A program made the translations under genes and the position numbers. Under the pieces are notes generated by a model, which saw only the letters and a program-made list of their open reading frames with translations, had not been told where the DNA came from and did not search any database. This document shows, piece after piece, positions 49,066 through 57,690 of a DNA stretch of 64,000 nt (its first letter is position 1; each line of letters opens with the position of its first letter). Source of the DNA: Candidatus Sumerlaeales bacterium (GTDB lineage: Bacteria; Sumerlaeota; Sumerlaeia; Sumerlaeales; Sumerlaeaceae); contig JBBSQY010000006.1 in NCBI GenBank assembly GCA_038243585.1, forward strand, positions 1 to 64,000, written 5' to 3'.

Positions 49066-51273
49066 ATGGAAGCAGCTGATGTTTCAAACCAGGCCCTTTT
49101 GACTCTGGTGACCGCTGTTTCCGCAGGAACTTTTCTTATGGCGGTGGCTCAACGGGTTGGCATTCCGGCCATAGTTTTGCTATTAGGCGGTGGGATACTT
49201 CTCGGACCCGAGGTCTTTAATATCATACAGCCGGCATCGTTAGGTCCAGTTTTAATGCCGCTTGTATCTTTAGCCGTAGGTCTCATATTATTTGAGGCGG
49301 GAATGACGCTGGACTTCGCCGGCTATAAAACTGCCTCAAAAGTAATACAGCGGCTTTTAACCATTGGGACTTTGATTACCTGGGTTGGAACCACCGCTGC
49401 GATCTACTATATAATTGGGACCCAAATAGAAACAGCCCTTCTTTCGGCCAGTCTTGTGATTGTAACAGGGCCCACCGTAATCCTACCGCTGTTAAAACGG
49501 ATCAAAGTCATTCCACGAGTCCATCATATTCTCCAGTGGGAAGGGGTTTTGATAGACCCAGTTGGGGTATTTGTCGCGATTTTATGTTTTGAGTTCTTAA
49601 CCAGCGGTAGCGGTATGGCCGCCGCCACTGATTTTGGACTAAGAGTCGTCGTAGGGGTCGGTGTAGGCTTATTCGGGGGTTTTGTTACCTATTACATCTT
49701 AAAAAAGCGCTGGGCACCGGAACATTTGGTAGGCGTGGCAACCCTTGGTTGTGCGGCATTTACCTTTGGACTTTCAGAAATGCTGATAGGCGAAGCCGGC
49801 CTTTTATCAGCAGTTATTGCAGGCTTCGTACCTGCGATTCTCAAACCTATTGATCTAAAACGAGTCAAAGATTTTAAAGCAGAAGTCGCTGATCTACTTA
49901 TCGCCGTGCTTTTTATGGTGCTGGCGAGCCGCCTGGAGTTAGTCCAGTTTTTAGAATTCGGGTGGCGTGGGTGGCTGGTGGTCGCAGTGGTTATGGTTGT
50001 CGTTCGCCCGGTAAACATTCTTGTCTGTACCGCTGGGCAAGGGCTGCCATGGCGTGAAAAGGCGTTTTTGAGCTGGCTTGCTCCCCGGGGGATTGTAGCC
50101 GCGTCTATGGCTTCTCTTTTCAGAATCATGCTCGAAGATAATCCGATGTTTAAAGATCCAGCATTTGTAGAAACTTTTACGTATTCGGTTATCATTACCA
50201 CAATCGTCATCGAGGGGCTACTGGCGAACCGGGTAGCAATTCTCTTGGGTCTGAAACGTCCGGAGGCGACTGGCTGGCTCATTGTTGGTGCGCATGATTT
50301 CTCAAGACGTCTGGCGACTTTTCTTATGAAATCCGGCTTGCCCGTTGTTGTGATCGATTCCAACATGAGAGCAGTTAAAGCTTTAACATCTAGATCAAAC
50401 ATACAGGCATATCAACGGGACGCCCGGGATCCGGCAATCTTTGAAGATGAAAAAATTATGGGCTTGGGAAACGTTATTGCTTTAACCGACAATGAAGACT
50501 TGAACCTCGTAATTTGCAACCGGCTGTCTGAGGTTACGGGGAGAGACAATGTCTATGCTTGGGTATCCGGCGCAAGCGGCAATCCATTGGAATCGGAAAA
50601 CGCCAATATCGTCTGGTCTAATCTGCCTAAACCCTCAATGCTAAGCGCAGAAATACGACAATACGAGAGTCGCTTTTTCCAACTGGACGGTAATGCAGAA
50701 CTTCCGTTCGACAGCCTTGTTCTCGGTGCAGTTAGTGAAAATAAAGTGGAAATTTACCCTGAAAATCCAGACACTCTCCCCGGAGAGGGTGCTACACAAA
50801 TGGTTGTGGTACGAAGCAGCAATCATTTAAAACGCGGCTTATCTATGGGTTTAGCTATCGACGTATCAGGCAATAACCTGTCTTCTGCCTTGAACTCCGC
50901 ACTTGATCTTGTGCTGCTCAAATACCCGAATCTTCCGAAGGAACAGTTAATTACGGAAATTACTGCAAGAGAGCGAGAGTTTCCCACGGTTCTAGGACAT
51001 GGAGTAGCTGTTCCTCATGTGTTTACCCGGCACATTAGCAACCGCATCTGTTGCATCATACGCAGCCCGGATGGGATCACGTTTGGTAATGGCGATTCTT
51101 CCGAACAGGTGCATCTGATGTTCCTCGTGATTAGCCCATCTGGAGATCCCGTCGGACATCTTGCAATGATGGCGGAAATAGCTAACCTCATAAGCCATGT
51201 AGAGATGAGAGCGCGTTTGCTTGGGGCGGAAGACGCCGCGGAAATTACTCAAGTAATTGGTGAAGAGCAATAA
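49066..51273 (+). CDS. CPA1 (NhaP-like) cation/H+ antiporter fused to RCK/TrkA and PTS EIIA (PtsN-like) domains
   Basis: TGPTVI, WEGVLIDPVG, APRGIVAAS (CPA1); WLIVGA..VVVIDSN..ALTDNEDLN (RCK_N); RE..FPT.LGHGVAVPH (EIIA phospho-His). Confidence 0.85.
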   Translation: MEAADVSNQALLTLVTAVSAGTFLMAVAQRVGIPAIVLLLGGGILLGPEVFNIIQPASLGPVLMPLVSLAVGLILFEAGMTLDFAGYKTASKVIQRLLTIGTLITWVGTTAAIYYIIGTQIETALLSASLVIVTGPTVILPLLKRIKVIPRVHHILQWEGVLIDPVGVFVAILCFEFLTSGSGMAAATDFGLRVVVGVGVGLFGGFVTYYILKKRWAPEHLVGVATLGCAAFTFGLSEMLIGEAGLLSAVIAGFVPAILKPIDLKRVKDFKAEVADLLIAVLFMVLASRLELVQFLEFGWRGWLVVAVVMVVVRPVNILVCTAGQGLPWREKAFLSWLAPRGIVAASMASLFRIMLEDNPMFKDPAFVETFTYSVIITTIVIEGLLANRVAILLGLKRPEATGWLIVGAHDFSRRLATFLMKSGLPVVVIDSNMRAVKALTSRSNIQAYQRDARDPAIFEDEKIMGLGNVIALTDNEDLNLVICNRLSEVTGRDNVYAWVSGASGNPLESENANIVWSNLPKPSMLSAEIRQYESRFFQLDGNAELPFDSLVLGAVSENKVEIYPENPDTLPGEGATQMVVVRSSNHLKRGLSMGLAIDVSGNNLSSALNSALDLVLLKYPNLPKEQLITEITAREREFPTVLGHGVAVPHVFTRHISNRICCIIRSPDGITFGNGDSSEQVHLMFLVISPSGDPVGHLAMMAEIANLISHVEMRARLLGAEDAAEITQVIGEEQ

Positions 51274-51361
51274 TGTGTCCTTTCAATGGCTACATCTTAA
51301 ACGAATGTAATTCTGGAGAGACTCACATGAAACCCAGCGATCCGCATCCGATGTTAATAGT

Positions 51362-52144
51362 GTGACAAATCCGTTTGTTTTAATGCAGATGATAGGGTGG
51401 GCCGATGTCCTGGATGTCGCCATCATCGGTACTCTTTTTTACGTCCTGCTCTATCTTCTTAAACAAACCAGGTCCAGTTCTGCAACGCGGGGCGTTGTAG
51501 GGGTCATAGTATTTAGCTTTCTATTATACGCCATGGCTCGGTGGATGCGTCTTACGGCCACCAGCACGCTTTTCGAAAGATTTTGGCTTGTTATCGCTCT
51601 CGCAGTTCTGATTATTTTCCAGAACGAATTTAGAAAAGCAATTTTAGACATTAGCAGACGTTCGCTGGTACGACGCTTTTCCCGTAACGCCATGCCCATG
51701 GATGAAGTCGTAAAGGCTGTAAAGCAGCTAAGCCGGCTTAAAGAGGGCGCGATAATTTGTATAGAGCGTCTGGACGCGCTCAAAAGTCATGCAGAAACCG
51801 GTACGCCCTTAGACTCGTTGATTAGCAAAGAGTTAATAACCTGCATTTTTAAAAACTACAGTCCGCTTCACGACGGTGCAGTCCTCATCCGGGGCGATCG
51901 CATATCCGCAGCTGGCTGTATGTTGCCACTGTCTGACAGCCCCATGCTCGAAAGCGAATTAGGCATGCGTCACAGGGCAGCAATTGGCCTTAGCCAGCAA
52001 ACTGATGCTGTAGTCATTGTGGTGAGTGAGGAAACAGGTACAATTTCACTGGCTGTTGACTCTAATTTTGAGCGGCATCATACACCGGAATCCCTAAAAG
52101 AAGCAATTCAAGAGCTGATGAATGTTGAAGAAGAAGATAAATAA
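51362..52144 (+). CDS. cdaA: Membrane diadenylate cyclase
   Basis: Three N-terminal TMs, IIFQNEFR, catalytic PLHDGAV and GMRHRAAIG, VSEETG. Confidence 0.95.
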   Translation: MTNPFVLMQMIGWADVLDVAIIGTLFYVLLYLLKQTRSSSATRGVVGVIVFSFLLYAMARWMRLTATSTLFERFWLVIALAVLIIFQNEFRKAILDISRRSLVRRFSRNAMPMDEVVKAVKQLSRLKEGAIICIERLDALKSHAETGTPLDSLISKELITCIFKNYSPLHDGAVLIRGDRISAAGCMLPLSDSPMLESELGMRHRAAIGLSQQTDAVVIVVSEETGTISLAVDSNFERHHTPESLKEAIQELMNVEEEDK

Positions 52145-53207
52145 ACAGCGCGTAAAAGAGCAGCTACGGCTTGTGGGAATGGCACTCGGCCTGGCAATCA
52201 TCGTGTGGATGATAGCCAAGTCCGGCGAAACCCGTGAAGCGAAACTGACCATACCTATCGAAGTGGTCTCTGCCGGACCGCAGGTCGAAGTCCAGGTCAT
52301 CCCGGAGGAGATGCCGGTAATTATACGGTATGGCCGGGAAGCGAGCCCGTACATCAGCAGCGAAAACTTTACGTTCGTTATTGATGCCAGCACGATGCAG
52401 GAAAATCTGGGTGTGAGCTGGAAGTCCATGACAATGAGTTTAAGCGACAAAAACTGGGTCGCAAACATACCCTCGGCCCGCGTCGATCTTGCAAATATTG
52501 GTTTGCAGGGGAGCACAGTGGAAGTGCGTATGCGATACAACGCTGTGCCCGCAGTCATTAAGCCGGAAATTGTGGGACTTGATCGATTACCTGATGGATA
52601 TCAACTTGTGCAGCCGGTAAAGGTTACACCTCGAGAAGTTTATTTAATCGGAGATCTGGACAAACTAGCCGGCCATACCGGTGATGACTTGACAAGCCGG
52701 ATACAGCTGAAAACCGTCCCGGTTTCCGTAGCGGGTCTTACCGAAAGCAGCCTCGAAAGCGTGGAGATACTGTTGCCAGCGGGCATTTCTATGGTGCAGC
52801 GAAGCAGCAATCTGGCCGAGGTAAACCTGGAAATTCAGGAAGTGCAAACGGTGCGAACTATTTCTGATATCGCTTTAAATTTTCAGGCTGTTGCTCCTGA
52901 TACTGTGACCATGAAATATGGGATTAGGTCTGCATCTGTGCGCGTTTTTGGTCCTCAGAGTCTGCTGCGCCAGCTATCGCCTGAATCCTTCCGCGTGGGA
53001 CTTGTTCGGCCGCAAGAAGAGGTTCCTGGTCAGGTTCGTGATGTGCCATTGGAGGTTCATTTTGCGACATCCATATCTGAGGAGATTCGCTCCCGGGTTC
53101 TGATACAAGCCATTGAACCGAACTCAATCCGCGTTGAGTATGTTGCCAGACAGTCAACCCCAGTAACCGCCACGGCTTCAACAACGGCCACCCAGGAAAC
53201 GAGGTAA
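52122..53207 (+). CDS. cdaR: YbbR-domain regulator of CdaA
   Basis: Single TM then beta-rich YbbR-like repeats (LPDGY..V.VTP.EV...G); directly follows cdaA. Confidence 0.78.
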   Translation: MLKKKINKQRVKEQLRLVGMALGLAIIVWMIAKSGETREAKLTIPIEVVSAGPQVEVQVIPEEMPVIIRYGREASPYISSENFTFVIDASTMQENLGVSWKSMTMSLSDKNWVANIPSARVDLANIGLQGSTVEVRMRYNAVPAVIKPEIVGLDRLPDGYQLVQPVKVTPREVYLIGDLDKLAGHTGDDLTSRIQLKTVPVSVAGLTESSLESVEILLPAGISMVQRSSNLAEVNLEIQEVQTVRTISDIALNFQAVAPDTVTMKYGIRSASVRVFGPQSLLRQLSPESFRVGLVRPQEEVPGQVRDVPLEVHFATSISEEIRSRVLIQAIEPNSIRVEYVARQSTPVTATASTTATQETR

Positions 53208-53215
53208 TTTGAAAA

Positions 53216-53989
53216 TTGCCAAAACTTTGCGTTAATATTGATCATGTGGCAACCGTCAGACAGGCGCGTCGCATAAAGGAGCCGGATCCTGTTTTCGCGG
53301 CGTTGCTTGCTGAGTTGGCCGGCGCCGCCGGAATTACCTGCCATTTGCGCGAAGATCGTCGTCACATCCAGGATGAAGATGTGGTCAGATTAAAAGCGAT
53401 GGTAAAAACCCGGCTTAACCTGGAAATGGCCGTCACGGAGGAAATGCTGAAAATCGCAGAAGATATTAGCCCGCACATGGTGATGTTTGTGCCCGAAAAT
53501 CGGCAGGAGGTTACGACAGAGGGCGGTCTTGACATAAAACGAAACCTTAAGCGGGTAAAAGCTGCAACTGAACGAATGAAGGCTGCCGGACTCAAAGTAA
53601 GCCATTTTATTGATCCAGAGATTGTGCAGATTGACGCCGCGCGCGAATGTGGAGCTAATGTAATCGAGCTTCATACCGGTGCCTACGCTGAAGCCCTGAC
53701 GGAAAACGATCGCTTGCAGGAACTGCAGCGTCTGGAGGCAGGCGTTCTACACGCCTCTCTTAACGATCAACGTATTAATGCAGGACATGGACTAAACCTG
53801 CGCAATGTCGGCCCCATAGCGGCCATACAAGGTATATCCGAACTTCATATCGGCCACAGCATAGTTTCTCACTCAGTACTTGTGGGATTTGAACGAGCGA
53901 CCCGGGAGATGCTGGATGCCATTATTAGAGGTGAGCTCCTCGGAGCGAGGTATACACCCGCACAGGTTCTGACTCTTTTTTCTCCGTGA
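53216..53989 (+). CDS. pdxJ: Pyridoxine 5'-phosphate synthase
   Basis: [43 protein letters not shown]. Confidence 0.97.
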   Translation: MPKLCVNIDHVATVRQARRIKEPDPVFAALLAELAGAAGITCHLREDRRHIQDEDVVRLKAMVKTRLNLEMAVTEEMLKIAEDISPHMVMFVPENRQEVTTEGGLDIKRNLKRVKAATERMKAAGLKVSHFIDPEIVQIDAARECGANVIELHTGAYAEALTENDRLQELQRLEAGVLHASLNDQRINAGHGLNLRNVGPIAAIQGISELHIGHSIVSHSVLVGFERATREMLDAIIRGELLGARYTPAQVLTLFSP

Positions 53990-54678
53990 AAAAATCTAGA
54001 AAAAAACGCAGAATGTGGACTTTTGTTATTCTCATGCTGGCCGCAATCATGTTGTGTCTTGTAGCGGCTGTTTTCGTCATCCACCACAATGTCGCCGCGG
54101 CTGGTCGAGAGAACATCTATTCGGCTAACGATGATATTCCCAAAATGCAAGTCGGACTTGTGCTTGGCGCACGTGTATTCAGTAGCGGCAGGCTCTCCAG
54201 AATGCTGGCTGACAGAGTCGACGCGAGCATCATCCTATACAATCGCGGTGTTATCCAGAAAATATTGATGAGTGGGGACAACAGGTCCGCCAATTACAAT
54301 GAAGTCACTGCTATGCGAAATTACGCCATAGAACATGGCGTGCCGCCTAACGATGTCGTTCGAGATTTCGCGGGTTTTCGAACTTACGATAGTATTTACC
54401 GGGCCAAAGAGCTATGGGAGTTTAAAGAAATGATAATCATCAGCCAAAAATTTCATCTCCCCAGAGCGTTGTACATTGCCGAGAACCTGGACATAGAAGC
54501 CGTAGGGGTATATGCTGTCGATAACAGGTATCGGGCTCTTGTTAAGTCCGAACTACGGGAAACGGCGGCAAGGGTGGCAGCATGGTTAGATGTTTTGGTT
54601 GGGCGCGATCCATACTTCCTGGGACCAAAAGAATCTCTTGATGGATCAAGCCAGGAAACAAGGGTTCCTGAGAAATAA
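53986..54678 (+). CDS. sanA: SanA/YdcF (DUF218) family protein
   Basis: LVLGA, MSGDN...[23 protein letters not shown]. Confidence 0.85.
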   Translation: MKKSRKKRRMWTFVILMLAAIMLCLVAAVFVIHHNVAAAGRENIYSANDDIPKMQVGLVLGARVFSSGRLSRMLADRVDASIILYNRGVIQKILMSGDNRSANYNEVTAMRNYAIEHGVPPNDVVRDFAGFRTYDSIYRAKELWEFKEMIIISQKFHLPRALYIAENLDIEAVGVYAVDNRYRALVKSELRETAARVAAWLDVLVGRDPYFLGPKESLDGSSQETRVPEK

Positions 54679-54706
54679 CCCGACAAATCGCCTTGACCAG
54701 CAGCCT

Positions 54707-55813
54707 CTATTCAGAATCTCCAGATGCTGCCTGCGCCTTTGCGTACTCCTGGCGCAGTCGGTCCATGAGTGCATCCCGCTGATCATAAAGCCGCTTTTGG
54801 GGACGTGGTTCACATTTGGTCAAAGCATAAGCTGTAAGCAGCGGTAAAACGATAGTTGTGTCGGCATAACATACTACCGTTCCAGGTAATTTGTCGGGAT
54901 CCACTTTCCCCCAACTTACCGCTTCACTTGGGGTTGCTCCACTTAAGCCTCCGGTGTCAGGGCGCGCATCCGTCACCTGCAAAAAGTAGTCATGCCCTTT
55001 CTCCTCGATTCCAAGTACTTCCTGAATCTGCGGTTCGGTTTGAAGTGCAAAATTTTTGGGAGATCCGCCCCCAAAAATACAGATCGCGCTTTCTCCGCCA
55101 CTGCGTTTTGCTCCAAGCACTATAGCCGCCGTCTCGTTGACGTCAATTAATGGATCAATAGTTAGCTTGCTGCCGCTCAATTGACGAGCGGCCATGTTCA
55201 TTCCAATCGAGCTGTCACCGGGTGAAGACGTGTAAATAGGAATTCCCAATTCATACGCGACAGACAGCATGGAACGTTTTTCCTGCCCAAGAACTTTTTC
55301 GCGTTCAGCGACATATTTACCGCACAAGTAATGAAATTCAGCCGAACCCATTGGTCTCTGAAATTCCGGACCCTCAAAAATCTTCCTAAAGAACTCGTCA
55401 GTTTTAAGGAGCACATCGTAATCGAAAAAGATATCGTAAATCCGCACCACGTTTTCTTCCCGCAGTACGACATCGCTGATGGTATGGTTACCCTGTCTAA
55501 GATCCAGCCCAATTCCGAAATGCGTATCATGATACAGGTTAGCGCCGGTGCTGATAATCCAGTCAATAAAGCCTGCTCTCATAAGCGGAATGATCGCGGA
55601 AATGCCTAATCCAGCCGGAGTAAGAGCACCGGTAAACGTCATCCCCACAGTCACCTGCGGCTTCAAGCATTTCTGAGTTAACAGCATTGCGGCTTCCCGG
55701 AGCCTGGCGCCGTTATAAGCCTGCATATTGTTGTCAATCAGGTCAACGACACTAATCCCGGCCTTAATCGGTTCTGGGTTAATCTTGCGACCGTGCAGAA
55801 ATTTCGAAGCCAT
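54707..55813 (-). CDS. speY: Deoxyhypusine-synthase-like homospermidine synthase (SpeY-like)
   Basis: [63 protein letters not shown]. Confidence 0.8.
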   Translation of the reverse strand: MASKFLHGRKINPEPIKAGISVVDLIDNNMQAYNGARLREAAMLLTQKCLKPQVTVGMTFTGALTPAGLGISAIIPLMRAGFIDWIISTGANLYHDTHFGIGLDLRQGNHTISDVVLREENVVRIYDIFFDYDVLLKTDEFFRKIFEGPEFQRPMGSAEFHYLCGKYVAEREKVLGQEKRSMLSVAYELGIPIYTSSPGDSSIGMNMAARQLSGSKLTIDPLIDVNETAAIVLGAKRSGGESAICIFGGGSPKNFALQTEPQIQEVLGIEEKGHDYFLQVTDARPDTGGLSGATPSEAVSWGKVDPDKLPGTVVCYADTTIVLPLLTAYALTKCEPRPQKRLYDQRDALMDRLRQEYAKAQAASGDSE

Positions 55814-55815
55814 AC

Positions 55816-57273
55816 TTATTTATTATCCTTAACTAATTTAGGCGAGCCAATGCAACTACCGGAAAATGCGGCCATGGCTTCATATAGGCGTCTGTCTGCT
55901 GCAAAATAAGTTCCGATAAGGATCCATGCGAGTGTCGCACGAGCGGGCATATGCAACGGAAAGCTTGTTAGGGCATTAACCAGGATTGTAGTTACAGCGG
56001 CTAGAAGCGTAACATTTAATGCCGCTGGCGCGGCAAATTTGCCGGCGTTATGTCCGAGCCTGCGAACACTCAGCCGGGTATTAACAAACCGAACTCCACC
56101 GTGGGTAATCAGAAGAAGAAAAAGGCCAAAACCAAGGGTGCCTTGTTCGAACCAAATCTCAAGGTAATCATTGTGCGTATGTTCCGCAAGACGCCTGTTC
56201 ATAGCCTTTAGCAACACCACAGTTCCGGCCCGTTCATCTTTTTCAGCAAGCAGTTTTACGTTATTTATAAATTCAAGTCGATAGCTGCCCGGCCCGTATC
56301 CCAGGATTGGGTTTATTGGGATAGCAAACGCTGTGGAAGTGTAAAAAATCAACCGCTCACGAACCGATTCTGATTGCGGATTAGCAATATTTTTAAACCT
56401 CTGTAAAAGTCGCATATCTCGAGGATTTAGGGGGTTCGGAGTCGAGAGCACAAAAAGTCCTACAATTACAGCAGCAAAGGCCACAACTGCTGAAACCCAG
56501 CATGCACGTTGCATGCGTTTAGATAAAAATCCTGTTTGGCCAACGAACACGACGCATCCGCCTATGGCAAATCCAAGTAACGCGCCGCGACTTCCGCTCA
56601 ATGCTAAAACGCCAGCAAGAAACGCAGCAGCTCCAATTAAAAGCACACGGGAAATCCTTCGCAGCTTTGGCTGAAACCCTAAGCCTAATAATAGTATGCT
56701 AGTGGGGGCTGCGAAGCCGCCGAAATACTCGGGATTGCCAAAAAAGGAATGGATTAAATTCCTTCCACCCTCATCCTTGGCAATGGCAAAAGGATATAGA
56801 GGACGAAGTACATCCAGGCCAACGAATGCGAGAAACCCGTAAATACCAGCCAGTAGCCCCAAAAAACCTCCTAACCATGCCACGGTTGCGCATTCCTTAA
56901 AAGAAGGTTCGAGTCGGTAAACGACCCACGCGAGACAAAAGAACGCGCCGTAATGCCATGCTTCAACCAGGGAATAGACGATACGTCCGCTGGCCAGAGC
57001 GGAAATTATAAACGACATCAAAAGTCCGGCAAATATTAGATCGACAAGACGCCAGGTGGTCCGAGTAAGTGTTTTTAGGCCGGCAACAGATACGATAAAA
57101 ATGACGGCAAGCAAGGTTCGAAGCGCCAGCATTTTAGACTCTATAGCAGGGCTTACCGTTTCAACCTTTGGAATTATAATGATTGACGCCGAGATCAGAC
57201 AAGTCAGCAAGAGCAGCCAGATCAGCTTTCGAAGCACCCATGGCTGAGATAAGATTTTGGGCATTAAAGTCAT
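55816..57273 (-). CDS. O-antigen ligase/Wzy_C family membrane protein
   Basis: Multi-[38 protein letters not shown]. Confidence 0.85.
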   Translation of the reverse strand: MTLMPKILSQPWVLRKLIWLLLLTCLISASIIIIPKVETVSPAIESKMLALRTLLAVIFIVSVAGLKTLTRTTWRLVDLIFAGLLMSFIISALASGRIVYSLVEAWHYGAFFCLAWVVYRLEPSFKECATVAWLGGFLGLLAGIYGFLAFVGLDVLRPLYPFAIAKDEGGRNLIHSFFGNPEYFGGFAAPTSILLLGLGFQPKLRRISRVLLIGAAAFLAGVLALSGSRGALLGFAIGGCVVFVGQTGFLSKRMQRACWVSAVVAFAAVIVGLFVLSTPNPLNPRDMRLLQRFKNIANPQSESVRERLIFYTSTAFAIPINPILGYGPGSYRLEFINNVKLLAEKDERAGTVVLLKAMNRRLAEHTHNDYLEIWFEQGTLGFGLFLLLITHGGVRFVNTRLSVRRLGHNAGKFAAPAALNVTLLAAVTTILVNALTSFPLHMPARATLAWILIGTYFAADRRLYEAMAAFSGSCIGSPKLVKDNK

Positions 57274-57340
57274 AAGAACTTACTAAAATACCGTCCCGAA
57301 ATCAGTCAACTACTGAATGGTGAAAAGTTTAAGTTAAAGG

Positions 57341-57550
57341 CTATCGCCGATGGACTTGGAACTTATCGTAAACTAATGTCCACTCTTCAGACGGTTCGTT
57401 AAAAGATCCTAACAGATCTTCTTCGTCCAATCCCGTAAGACGAACGCTCTCTTCAATAAAATGCTCGATGCGCGCTTGTCTGTCTGCTTCAGGATCCATC
57501 GGAACCAAATTAAACTGTGCTAATGACCCACGGAGGTCGCGAAAGCCCAT
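57341..57550 (-). CDS. Small acidic hypothetical protein
   Basis: 69 aa with AGGAG RBS; fills the gap between co-directional genes. Confidence 0.55.
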   Translation of the reverse strand: MGFRDLRGSLAQFNLVPMDPEADRQARIEHFIEESVRLTGLDEEDLLGSFNEPSEEWTLVYDKFQVHRR

Positions 57551-57690
57551 TGAAATCTCCTGACTTATTCTACATTTTACATGAAGAAGCGGGGCCTGCG
57601 CCAGATAGCGTAATCGCTTTTCGTTCCTATTGATAACAACACGGCGCCTGAAATCTGCACAAACAAGCGTAATTACTGTCCAAAGATCGA

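Noticed and set aside
49692..50402. 236-aa antisense ORF inside the antiporter gene
   Set aside because: Antisense to hydrophobic codons, low-complexity Thr/Ser/Ile product, no motif.
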